A stretch of 20,442 nt of DNA from Candidatus Woesearchaeota archaeon (GCA_964609195.1 CAZSRE010000002.1:22286-42727), one strand, 5' to 3'; counted from the first letter of the stretch, positions 6,750 through 14,693 are shown. Translations and numbers: made by a program. The notes: a model not told the origin generated them from the letters alone.

Positions 6750-8624
6750 CTACTTATTAAAAAATTCTTTTATCATGATTTCTGGATTTATCGAAGTTTT
6801 TATTTCCCAGTCTTTAGGGAAGCAGCGTGAGTAGCTTGGCTGGATATATCTCTCATCAATAAATGCAATAATGCCTCGATCTGTTTCTGAGCGGATACAT
6901 CTTCCTGCTGCTTGCAAGGCCTTTATTACTGCAGGCATTATATAGCCATAATCCCAGCCTTTCTGGAACTTCTCATCATAATAACGAATAAGCTCTTGTG
7001 TCTCTAGATTTGGAGTTGCTAATGGCAAGCCAACAATTACTACAGCTTTTAGAAAATCGCCAGGCAAGTCAATCCCTTCTGAAAAACTGCCTGTACTAGT
7101 TGCTAGTAAAATAGCTCCAGAGTCTTTGTAGGATTTGAAGTTTTCAAGTAAAATGTTTCTGTCTGCTTTGCTTGCTCCTTGCTGCTCTAAAAATATTGTC
7201 TTATTTGCTTGTATTTTTAGATTCTCATAAACTCTGTCACGAATGTCATAGCTTGGGAAAAAGACAAGAACATTCCCAGGAATCTGGTTGATTGCATTTA
7301 CTGTTGTATTTGCTATATCCATGTACATCTTATCGCTTCTTGTACTGAACTTAGTTGATGTTTTTGGAACTATGATATTAAGGCGATTATGCTTTGGGAA
7401 TGGATCCTGGAACTCAGCGGTTAATGAATTGTCTAATCCAAGGATGTCTTTGTACATATTAACTGGGGATAATGTGCCTGACATCATTATGGTAGAGTAA
7501 GCTTCCTGGATTACATCTTTAGTTGCAACTGAGGGATCTAGACAATGATATGCCAGTGTTAGGTTAGTATATCCTCTTTTAGACTTTGTTTTTGACAGTA
7601 TCCTGGCAAAACCAAAATCCTCCCCTGTCCAGGCAGACAAGAAAGATGAGATAGCTGCAAGAAAGCTTCGTCTTTTTTCTTCTAATATGATATCTGATGC
7701 TTTATTAAACATGTTTATTATATCTTCATAATAGCCTAGCAATTCTATCTCTTTTATTAAATCTATTTTCTTTATTATTACTTCATTGCCATTCTTGATT
7801 TTCTCAGCAAGCTTTTCAAGAATATTAGATATTTTTTCTGTAGTTGAAATCAATTTTTCATCTTTTAACTGTCTTGCTTCTTTTAATGCTTGAGACATTA
7901 CATAGCTGGAAAGATCTATTGATAACAAATCTCTGATTCTTGATGGAAGGTTATGGGCTTCATCTACTATTATTATGCAATCGCCAAGATTTCTGTTTAT
8001 CTTGTTTAATATGTTGTCCCTGATTGACTTGTTAAATAGATGATAATAGTCTGCTATTACTACCTTTGCGTCTTTTGCCAGAAGAAGAGAAACCTCATAT
8101 GGGCATAGCTTGTGGTTGCTAGAGATATTTATAGAATTTTCCACATCTAATGGGCTTAATTGTGTTAGTGTGTTAAGTGCTTGTCTAGTAGCAATGCTTA
8201 ACTGCCCTTTAGATTTAAGATTAAGATAATACTCACATTCATCTTTTTCTCTCAGGTCACGGCAGTATTCTAAAAACTGGCCAGGTGGAAGGATAGAGGC
8301 ACCAGGCTGCAGGCACATCCAACGTTTTCCTATAAGGTCGACAACGATTGCATTCTTATTGTATTTCTGCTTGATCTTGCGCAGGCTGTCTATTGCTATC
8401 TTATGCTGGGTATGCTTTGAAGTTAAGAAGAAAACCACCTTATTATTGTTTAGCGCATAAGAAAGAGCGACAGGCAATGTAGAGTCTGTCTTTCCTATGC
8501 CTGTAGGAGCGTTAAGAATCAGATTCTGCTTATTGTCGAGAACAGTTTTTACTTTAGTAATCATACTTTCTTGATGGTCTCTAAACTCTGGATGTGGGAA
8601 TAATATAGAATCTTTATCTATCAT
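6750..8624 (-). CDS. xpd: XPD/Rad3-family Fe-S DNA helicase (SF2, DinG-like)
   Basis: It has Walker A NAPTGIGKT and DEAH box VDEAHNL. Four Cys lie between them (RWMC, EYC, DEC, KLCPYE), consistent with a 4Fe-4S domain. Motif VI is QAAGRCIRSETDRG. The ORF is 624 aa. Confidence 0.9.
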   Translation of the reverse strand: MIDKDSILFPHPEFRDHQESMITKVKTVLDNKQNLILNAPTGIGKTDSTLPVALSYALNNNKVVFFLTSKHTQHKIAIDSLRKIKQKYNKNAIVVDLIGKRWMCLQPGASILPPGQFLEYCRDLREKDECEYYLNLKSKGQLSIATRQALNTLTQLSPLDVENSINISSNHKLCPYEVSLLLAKDAKVVIADYYHLFNKSIRDNILNKINRNLGDCIIIVDEAHNLPSRIRDLLSIDLSSYVMSQALKEARQLKDEKLISTTEKISNILEKLAEKIKNGNEVIIKKIDLIKEIELLGYYEDIINMFNKASDIILEEKRRSFLAAISSFLSAWTGEDFGFARILSKTKSKRGYTNLTLAYHCLDPSVATKDVIQEAYSTIMMSGTLSPVNMYKDILGLDNSLTAEFQDPFPKHNRLNIIVPKTSTKFSTRSDKMYMDIANTTVNAINQIPGNVLVFFPSYDIRDRVYENLKIQANKTIFLEQQGASKADRNILLENFKSYKDSGAILLATSTGSFSEGIDLPGDFLKAVVIVGLPLATPNLETQELIRYYDEKFQKGWDYGYIMPAVIKALQAAGRCIRSETDRGIIAFIDERYIQPSYSRCFPKDWEIKTSINPEIMIKEFFNK

Positions 8625-8660
8625 TTTACCTATATTTATATTGGTTACTTATAATTGTTC

Positions 8661-8677
8661 CGAAACCTTTATTTATA
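8661..8677 (+). promoter_or_regulatory. BRE/TATA for the leaderless gene at 8699
   Basis: CGAAA is followed by CCTTTATTTATA. The TATA centre is about 27 nt upstream of the ATG at 8699. Confidence 0.45.
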
Positions 8678-8698
8678 CTTGAGAACAACTATTATTAT

Positions 8699-9265
8699 AT
8701 GAGAAAAGAGGTAAAGCAGGACATATATAATGTTATCAAAAATAGTATTAAAGCGATAAGAAGCAAGAATGTTTCTCTGCTAAAAGATCTTAGCAACCAT
8801 ACAATACATGATGCCAGCATTTACCAGGATGAACATTCTGTAAGCATTGCTGTAGTTATTTATTCATTATATAAGATATTTGAAAGGAGCGATTATAAGA
8901 AGTATAGTGACTGGAACTTATTCTATAGGGGAGTAGTTGATAATCTGAAGAAAGCTTTCTTTGCACTGAAGAAGAATGAGGATGAGCATTATGAAAGGCA
9001 TATTAGGGATATTTTCAACATGATTGACAAGTTAGACAGCAGACTTAGAATCTATGCTAAGGATGTATTTGAACAGGCAAAAGTGCATAGAGCTTCTAGA
9101 CTGCATGAACATGGTGTATCTGTGGGAAGAACAGCAGAGATACTTGGAATTTCCGAATGGGAATTGATGGACTATATTGGAAAAACAGGGATAAGCGATA
9201 ATGACCTTAATATGAGTATGGATGTTAAAGACAGGCTGAAATATGCGAGGAGCTTATTCAAATGA
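8699..9265 (+). CDS. UPF0175/COG2886-like HTH protein (antitoxin-type C-terminus) with a long helical N-terminal extension
   Basis: The C-terminal ASRLHEHGVSVGRTAEILGISEWELMDYIGKTGIS matches the UPF0175 pattern (..klSlgkAAelaGlsrweF.e.L...gI). It overlaps the next gene by 4 nt (ATGA). Confidence 0.55.
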   Translation: MRKEVKQDIYNVIKNSIKAIRSKNVSLLKDLSNHTIHDASIYQDEHSVSIAVVIYSLYKIFERSDYKKYSDWNLFYRGVVDNLKKAFFALKKNEDEHYERHIRDIFNMIDKLDSRLRIYAKDVFEQAKVHRASRLHEHGVSVGRTAEILGISEWELMDYIGKTGISDNDLNMSMDVKDRLKYARSLFK

Positions 9266-9954
9266 AGAGCATTGTCTTTGACACTAGCACTATAATAAGT
9301 ATAGCCACAAATAACTTGCTGCACGTTCTTGAAGATATGAAGAAAAGATTTGGAGGGGAGTTCTATATTGTAGATGCTGTTAGAAGAGAGGCAATTGAAG
9401 TGCCTATGAAAGGCAAGCTCTATAAGCTAGAAGCTATAATGGTAGCAGATTTAGTAAATAGAGGAGTAATTAAAATATATAGCAGTAAAGAACTGGTTGA
9501 TAAAGCAAATAAGATAGCAGAGCTGGCCAACAACATATACAAGGCTAAAGGCAACCACCTTAAATTGATACATTCTGGTGAGGTTGAAAGCCTGGCAATT
9601 GCATGCGATGTAAACGGGACTTTAGCTATAGATGAAAGAACTACAAGACTGCTTATTGAGAATGCTGATCTGCTTGCCAAAATACTAAGGAAAAAATTGC
9701 ATACAAATGTATTCGTAGATAGGAAAAAACTAGCAGAGTTCAAAGACATGGTTTGTAATGTTAATGTAATCAGGAGTGCTGATTTGCTTGTTGTTGCTTA
9801 TGAACTTGGATTGCTAGATAAGTATCTTAACAAGAGCATATTTGCTACAAGCAAGAGAGAGTTACTAGATGCTTTACTATGGGGGGTGAAGCTGAGAGGA
9901 TGCAGCATAAGTGGAGAGGAGATTGATAAAATCATTGAGCTTGAAGGACTGTAA
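9262..9954 (+). CDS. PIN-domain protein, COG2405/DUF3368-like, with a C-terminal extension
   Basis: Acidic PIN residues appear in the expected contexts: IVFDTS (N-terminal Asp), SGEVESLAIA and LAIDERTTR. It also has IVDAVRREAIEV and IRSADLLVVAYELGLL, as in COG2405 proteins that pair with UPF0175. Confidence 0.7.
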   Translation: MKSIVFDTSTIISIATNNLLHVLEDMKKRFGGEFYIVDAVRREAIEVPMKGKLYKLEAIMVADLVNRGVIKIYSSKELVDKANKIAELANNIYKAKGNHLKLIHSGEVESLAIACDVNGTLAIDERTTRLLIENADLLAKILRKKLHTNVFVDRKKLAEFKDMVCNVNVIRSADLLVVAYELGLLDKYLNKSIFATSKRELLDALLWGVKLRGCSISGEEIDKIIELEGL

Positions 9955-9980
9955 ACTTTTAGGAAAAGTTTAACCAAAAA
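9953..9980 (+). repeat. Hairpin spacer module, variant AAACTTTT-agg-AAAAGTTT + AACCAAAA
   Basis: An 8-bp stem at 9953-9971 overlaps the stop codon at 9952-9954. Compared with the 1671 copy, the inner G:C pair is replaced by A:T on both arms. Confidence 0.65.
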
Positions 9981-9987
9981 AGGAAGG

Positions 9988-9995
9988 TTTAAAAG
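9988..9995 (+). promoter_or_regulatory. TATA box for tRNA-Trp
   Basis: TTTAAAAG, preceded by GGAAGG, is centred about 31 nt upstream of tRNA position 1 (10023). Confidence 0.4.
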
Positions 9996-10022
9996 ATGCT
10001 ATTTTCTCGATACTTATGTTAA

Positions 10023-10147
10023 GGGGTCGTAAGCTAACTTGGCAAACTGGCCGCCTCCAGACAAGCTTTTAAAAAAAGCTTGAGCAAAAGGTAAAAAAGG
10101 CTAAAGGAAGAAAGCGGCACTTGTGGGTTCAAATCCTGCCGACCCCA
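10023..10147 (+). tRNA. tRNA-Trp: tRNA-Trp (anticodon CCA) with a 52-nt intron at the canonical 37/38 position
   Basis: The acceptor stem is GGGGTCG/CGACCCC (7 bp). The D arm is AGCT/AACT, with one C-A mismatch and GG in the loop. The anticodon stem is GCCGC (10050-54)/GCGGC (10114-18), with loop C-U-CCA-G..A. The T arm is GTGGG-TTCAAAT-CCTGC and the discriminator is A. The mature length is 73 nt, and CCA is not encoded. Confidence 0.85.
10061..10112 (+). other. tRNA-Trp intron (boundaries approximate)
   Basis: This is the insert between G37 (10060) and A38 (10113). It contains CAAGCTTTT-aaa-AAAAGCTTG + AGCAAAA at 10062-10088. No C/D boxes (RUGAUGA / CUGA) are present. Confidence 0.7.
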
Positions 10148-10148
10148 T

Positions 10149-10238
10149 AGCTTTCTTAGAAAGAAACCTAGGAAAGAAGAAAGAAAGCTTAACCAAAGAA
10201 ATTAAGAGAATTATAAGAAAGCTTAATCAAAACTTTTT
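10149..10238 (+). repeat. Spacer repeat module X plus AAAGCTTAAYCAAA units downstream of the tRNA
   Basis: AGCTTTCTTAGAA (10149-10161) is identical to 6225-6237. AAGAAACCTAGGAAAGAA (10161-10178) matches 6262-6279 at 17 of 18 positions. AAAGCTTAACCAAA and AAAGCTTAATCAAA follow. Confidence 0.65.
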
Positions 10239-10356
10239 AAAATATAAATTATATATCATCTAGGATATAGTGATTGTAGTTGTTACTTTTATATAATAGT
10301 AAATAGTGGAAAGTTTTATATATCTTTAGGTTATAAAAAAACACGGGGGTTTCGAA

Positions 10357-11289
10357 ATGAAAGATTATTTTAGAAAAGGATTAAGCGGCTTGGTTTTAGG
10401 AACATATCTTGCTACTGGTGGATATATAAGAGCGAGCGAGGGAGCTCCTGATAGGATAGACATAAATCATGCTGACAGTATTGAAGTCTTATTTGAGCAA
10501 CCTAGATATTTCCAAGTTGGAAGGAAAATACTAAATTGCGGCAAGACTTATCTGATTGACAAAGATTCACATATAGACAAGCCGGAAGTAGCATTGAGTT
10601 CTATTCTCGAGTATTTTAACAAAATAGAAAGCAATTATAAAAGTGTAGAAGGCAGAAGGAAAATTGAGGATGCAATAGGCAAGACTAATCATTTATTGAC
10701 TGAAGAAACAGGGAATTATAATCCTATTACAAAAACTAGATCTTCAGGGAGACAATTAACCGATGCAGGAATGGCTAAATTCAAGGAAGCTGCAAGTGAT
10801 GGAATGATAACTCCAAAAGAGTATGAGCAACTTGGAAATGGCGATGTTTATGTTGCTGAAAGAGTTGGGAGCAAGATAGAAGCACAAGGGAGATTAGATC
10901 AGGGAATAATTGTTAGAGTAGACCATAGCAGAGATGATTGCTATGAGCCTAGCGTTGTTGCCAGAAAATTACCACAGGCTCCACCTGTAGATAGAAGAGA
11001 ACCTACTGTGAAACAGCCTGCTCCAGTATATCAACCAGTTCCACAGCCAACACCTGTGCCAGAGCAGCCAGGTAGATTAGAAGAAACTGTTCAAGAATAT
11101 AAACCAAGTCAAGAGACAAAGGGAATTGTTGAAGAAGAGCTCAAAGATAAATGGGGGAAGAGACACCCTATTGCTAAAAAGGTCTTAATCGGCACGGGAA
11201 TCGCTGTAGGATTGGCAGCAGCACTTATAGGATTACAGAAAGAAGAAGATAAACCATCTAATAGGATAACTGGGGGCCCACCATATTGA
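10357..11289 (+). CDS. Membrane-anchored surface protein with a Pro-rich stalk
   Basis: It has an N-terminal hydrophobic segment (GLSGLVLGTYLATGGYI) and a stalk QAPPVDRREPTVKQPAPVYQPVPQPTPVPEQPG. A C-terminal TM helix (VLIGTGIAVGLAAALIGL) is followed by the tail ..NRITGGPPY. GGGGG lies 7 nt upstream of the ATG. Confidence 0.65.
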   Translation: MKDYFRKGLSGLVLGTYLATGGYIRASEGAPDRIDINHADSIEVLFEQPRYFQVGRKILNCGKTYLIDKDSHIDKPEVALSSILEYFNKIESNYKSVEGRRKIEDAIGKTNHLLTEETGNYNPITKTRSSGRQLTDAGMAKFKEAASDGMITPKEYEQLGNGDVYVAERVGSKIEAQGRLDQGIIVRVDHSRDDCYEPSVVARKLPQAPPVDRREPTVKQPAPVYQPVPQPTPVPEQPGRLEETVQEYKPSQETKGIVEEELKDKWGKRHPIAKKVLIGTGIAVGLAAALIGLQKEEDKPSNRITGGPPY

Positions 11290-12689
11290 CAAGAATTAAG
11301 ACACCTGGATTACTTGCATTAATACTATTGATAGCTATACCATTAGCTTTAGCCGTATCTGTAAGCGTAAAATGGACAGCAAACCTTAATGACTTTAATG
11401 GAGTAGTGTATCATTGCACAGACTCTAGATGTAATAATTTAGATAATAAATTGCTTGAACTAAACTCTGGCAACAATAATTTCTTAATCACTAACTTTAC
11501 TGCACCAGATGGCTTGACAGATTCTCATGCTGCATACTTTACAAAGCAATGTTATGTACCAAATGAATTCATAATACAAACTATCGGCGATGTTAACTAC
11601 AATACAGCTAAAGATGTGTTCTTTGGCAAGAAGACAGGATGCCAGGCAGAAATTGATGATGAAGATTTTGTATTTCTAAACCTTGTGAATGATATTGGAA
11701 CTGTTGGAAGCCCATTCAGCATTGTAGTACCTGTAAAAAGCGCATTTTCAGGCAGGAATGGTGCTGCAGGCACACCTGGATTTATACCTGATAATCTAAA
11801 AGATGATTATTATTCTTCATTAGTTAGAGTAAGCGTAGATGTTAAAAATAGTCATGGTGTAAGCGTATTTACTGAATCTAAAGATGTTAAAATATTAGTA
11901 GATGATATGCAGAATGTTTTATTTACATGGGTTCCAGAGCAAAGAGGAACATACACGATGATCTTAAAGACAAGAGTGATAGATTGTAAGTGTTCAAGCA
12001 CAAAAGATGACCAAATAAATAAGTATGTCCTCATAAAGCAAGGAACAGGAACAACCACCACAACAACCACAGTTACTACAACTACTACACTTGGTAGCAC
12101 GACAACAACTACAATTCCTGGAAATACTACAACAACAACCCAGACAACTACTACAACAGTTTCATCTGGAGGTGGGGGCGGAGGAAGCAGTTCATCTGGC
12201 AGTAAAGATGTATTTTACTTAGATAATGTAAGACTAGATAGCTATAGTTTTATGCCTGGAGAACAGTTAGAGATTAATGTTGACTTAAGAAAGGATGTTG
12301 GCAGAGACTTAAGAGGAATAGCAATAAGAGTAAACATACCTGGATTAGGAATATCAAGAACTTCTGATGAATTTATATTAGATGAGAAAGAAGAGACAAA
12401 GCAGTTTGAAATAACTATTCCCGGAGATGCAGAACCTGGAGATTATGTGATGGACATAATTGTCTTTAATGATGATAGGACATTAGACAGATATGTCAAG
12501 TTTACAGTAACTGGAGAGATAACTCAGGCAGGAACAGGCACTACCTCTGCAACCAGCGGTTTGGAGAGAATTACAGGAAGTGCTGTGGGAATACCAGATA
12601 CTGGAAGCTTGTTAAACTCTGGATTGTTTAGGATTGGATTGATGGCAATTCTTACAATGGTTATTTTCTATATTATATGGAGAATATAG
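11286..12689 (+). CDS. Secreted, C-terminally anchored surface protein with a poly-Thr/Gly/Ser linker and a CARDB-like Ig domain
   Basis: The TTG start overlaps the upstream stop (TTGA), with GGGGG 9 nt upstream. The signal peptide is GLLALILLIAIPLALAVS. After a Thr-rich linker comes a beta-sandwich-like block (PGEQLEINVDL..PGDYVMDIIVFN..VKFTVTG). This is followed by ERITGSAVG and a terminal TM helix. Confidence 0.7.
   Translation: MTRIKTPGLLALILLIAIPLALAVSVSVKWTANLNDFNGVVYHCTDSRCNNLDNKLLELNSGNNNFLITNFTAPDGLTDSHAAYFTKQCYVPNEFIIQTIGDVNYNTAKDVFFGKKTGCQAEIDDEDFVFLNLVNDIGTVGSPFSIVVPVKSAFSGRNGAAGTPGFIPDNLKDDYYSSLVRVSVDVKNSHGVSVFTESKDVKILVDDMQNVLFTWVPEQRGTYTMILKTRVIDCKCSSTKDDQINKYVLIKQGTGTTTTTTTVTTTTTLGSTTTTTIPGNTTTTTQTTTTTVSSGGGGGGSSSSGSKDVFYLDNVRLDSYSFMPGEQLEINVDLRKDVGRDLRGIAIRVNIPGLGISRTSDEFILDEKEETKQFEITIPGDAEPGDYVMDIIVFNDDRTLDRYVKFTVTGEITQAGTGTTSATSGLERITGSAVGIPDTGSLLNSGLFRIGLMAILTMVIFYIIWRI
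12042..12203 (+). repeat. Low-complexity coding tract (poly-Thr, then Gly6, then Ser-rich)
   Basis: It encodes GTGTTTTTTTVTTTTTLGSTTTTTIPGNTTTTTQTTTTTVSSGGGGGGSSSSGS using mixed ACA/ACC/ACT codons. Confidence 0.9.
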
Positions 12690-12691
12690 GC

Positions 12692-12701
12692 TTTTATTTT
12701 T
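12692..12701 (+). terminator. Oligo-T archaeal terminator candidate
   Basis: TTTTATTTTT begins 3 nt after the stop at 12687-12689. Confidence 0.4.
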
Positions 12702-12754
12702 CCCTTTAGATAGCTTTATAACTGTTTTGGTAGCCATGAAATAATTAGTTACTA

Positions 12755-12770
12755 CCGAAAGGTTTAAATA
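12755..12770 (+). promoter_or_regulatory. BRE/TATA promoter of the major surface-protein gene
   Basis: CCGAAAGG is followed by TTTAAATA (12763-12770), a near-consensus archaeal BRE/TATA. A strong SD AAGGAGGG follows at 12811-12818. Confidence 0.55.
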
Positions 12771-12825
12771 CGTATTATCATGGTTTAATGATAACATGTT
12801 ATTAAAGACTAAGGAGGGTATGAAA

Positions 12826-14208
12826 ATGGGTAACAAAAGTAAATTGTTTAGTTTAGTTCTAGTATTGTTACTTAGCTTTGCAGCTCTACCTGGCTTCGTA
12901 AAGTCTCTAGTAGTGACAGATGGCCCATTTGGTTTCCAGACTCTGGAAGTGGATGGAGAAAGTGTAGACACTAGTAGTGTGCTATCTGTTGAAAGAGGAG
13001 ACTCTGTTGAGGTAAAGGTAAGATTTACACCACCTACAAATGCTGAGGGTGTAAGAATAGATGCAGAGTTGAGAGGATTAGAAGATGAGAATGTTGAGGA
13101 TAGAACTGATACATTCGATATTTTGGCTGGAAAAACCTATGTCAAAACATTGACATTAGACATACCAGAAGACTTGAGTGAAGATGATCTAGACAAAGAA
13201 TTTACCCTAAAGGTAGACTTTGACGGTGATGTTTGTGATGCAACTGGTGCAAATTGCACTGCAGAAAGTTATGCAACAAGCACAGGCTTGATTGTAACAA
13301 GTGCAAGACATGATTTAAGGATACAGGATATTGTATTCAGATCTGGAAGCACTGTAGATGCTGGCGGAAACTTATTCGTTACAGTATGGGTCGAGAATAA
13401 GGGAAGCAAGGCTGAAGAGGACATTAATGTCCAGGTAAGCGCACCTGAACTCGGCTTGTCTGCAAGAGACAAGATAGATGAGCTTGTAACTGCAGGCGAA
13501 GAAGATAAAGCTGGTGCAAGAGACAGAGATACTGACACTGAAGCAGTAAACTTTGCTCTAAAATTGCCAAGCGATGCAACTGCCGGAGACTATGACCTAG
13601 TAGTCGAAGTAGATTACAACAGAGGAAGAGAAACTGTCAAGCAGACAGAAACTTTCACTGTAACTGGTGGAGCAGCTCCTAGAGTTGAGGCAGAGACTAT
13701 AGTAACAGTTGATACTACAAGTCAAAGCGTAAACAGAGGGGAAGGAACTATCTACAAGTTCAGCTTCGCAAACTTAGGCAAACAGGCAAAGACATTTAGT
13801 GTAGATGTCACAGGAGCAGAGCCATGGGGAAGCGTAAGAGTTGACCCATCTTTCGTAACTGTGCAGCCTGGAGCAACATCTGAAGCATTTGTATTTGTGA
13901 CTGCCAAAGATGATGCAAGCCTAGGAAAGCACTTGCTAACAGCAAATGTAAAAGATGGCAGCATGCTCTTGAAGTCTGTCAGCCTAGAAGCTGATGTCAA
14001 GGGACAGGCACCAACAGCTGTTACAGGAGCAGCTTCATGGGATCAAGTCAGAAAAGGCCTTGAGATTGGATTTGCAGTACTATTGATAATCCTAGTAATA
14101 CTAGGAATTATAATAGCAATTGGCAAGCTAAGAAAAGGCGATGGTTCAAATGAAGAAGAACCTGGTCAAGCAGAAGGACAGAGTTATTACTATTACCCAA
14201 GGTATTAG
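12826..14208 (+). CDS. Major surface (S-layer-like) protein with CARDB/COG1470-type Ig-like domains, a C-terminal TM anchor and a Tyr-rich tail
   Basis: The ORF is open from 12796, but GGAGG (12813-12817) is 8 nt from the ATG at 12826 and only 2 nt from the ATG at 12820. The signal peptide is KLFSLVLVLLLSFAALPGFVKS. The domains show ..VWVENKGSKAEEDINVQV..AGDYDLVVEVDY..TFTVTG and ..FVTVQPGATSEAFVFVTA.. patterns. The TM helix is IGFAVLLIILVILGIIIAIG and the tail ends QSYYYYPRY. Confidence 0.75.
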   Translation: MGNKSKLFSLVLVLLLSFAALPGFVKSLVVTDGPFGFQTLEVDGESVDTSSVLSVERGDSVEVKVRFTPPTNAEGVRIDAELRGLEDENVEDRTDTFDILAGKTYVKTLTLDIPEDLSEDDLDKEFTLKVDFDGDVCDATGANCTAESYATSTGLIVTSARHDLRIQDIVFRSGSTVDAGGNLFVTVWVENKGSKAEEDINVQVSAPELGLSARDKIDELVTAGEEDKAGARDRDTDTEAVNFALKLPSDATAGDYDLVVEVDYNRGRETVKQTETFTVTGGAAPRVEAETIVTVDTTSQSVNRGEGTIYKFSFANLGKQAKTFSVDVTGAEPWGSVRVDPSFVTVQPGATSEAFVFVTAKDDASLGKHLLTANVKDGSMLLKSVSLEADVKGQAPTAVTGAASWDQVRKGLEIGFAVLLIILVILGIIIAIGKLRKGDGSNEEEPGQAEGQSYYYYPRY

Positions 14209-14216
14209 TAGTTCTC

Positions 14217-14230
14217 TTTTTTTCTTTTTT
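14217..14230 (+). terminator. Oligo-T terminator (T7-C-T6)
   Basis: TTTTTTTCTTTTTT begins 9 nt after the stop codon at 14206-14208. Oligo-T tracts are the established archaeal termination signal. Confidence 0.6.
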
Positions 14231-14243
14231 ATAATTTTATAAA

Positions 14244-14693
14244 ATGATAGCGTATAGGAAAAGATTACAAGAACAGCTTTCTAAATTAGGATTAGAACAA
14301 GCAGGCGTTTATGCAGCAAGAATCCCTTTGTATGAGACAATATCTGATATTTTAGATAAACGTGGTGCTATATTTGCACCCCATGTTTCAGAGTTATTTA
14401 GGGGGATTATTGCTACTGAGCGAGCCGCAACTACAACAGATTTAGCTAGATATGGGGCGTTAATTGGAAAGGATTATGGAATTAATGTAATCAGTCTTAA
14501 TGAGGCAATTAGTAATGTATATGGTCGTAATTTTATATATAAAAATCGCGATAGACATGTTAATAAGACTACTAGTATTTTTTATAAATCTACAAATAGT
14601 TTGGATAAATTTATTAGGAAGCATACATCAAAATTAGAGTTAATTATTATTGATTGTGATTTTCCAAAATTGATTAACGAAAAAATAAAATGA
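14244..14693 (+). CDS. Hypothetical protein (orphan) in an AT-rich stretch
   Basis: This 149-aa ORF has no motif I recognise, and its 3' third is very AT-rich. Coding status is uncertain. Confidence 0.4.
   Translation: MIAYRKRLQEQLSKLGLEQAGVYAARIPLYETISDILDKRGAIFAPHVSELFRGIIATERAATTTDLARYGALIGKDYGINVISLNEAISNVYGRNFIYKNRDRHVNKTTSIFYKSTNSLDKFIRKHTSKLELIIIDCDFPKLINEKIK

Noticed and set aside
6747-6752. Convergent genes with abutting stops (TAG/CTA at 6747-6752) and overlapping stops (TTAG at 19417-19420)
   Set aside because: This reflects very tight packing and a shortage of room for terminators. Such arrangements are common in compact archaeal genomes, and I see no additional structure.
10061-10112. 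Box C/D guide RNA within the tRNA-Trp intron, as in some Euryarchaeota
   Set aside because: No RUGAUGA (C box) or CUGA (D box) sequences occur in the 52-nt intron.
12796-12825. Upstream ATG at 12796 (ORF-track start) and ATG at 12820 for the S-layer-like gene
   Set aside because: The TATA at 12763-12770 predicts a transcription start close to 12796. GGAGG at 12813-12817 lies downstream of that ATG and is optimally spaced (8 nt) for the ATG at 12826. The signal peptide starts right after 12826. The ATG at 12820 remains a possible alternative.
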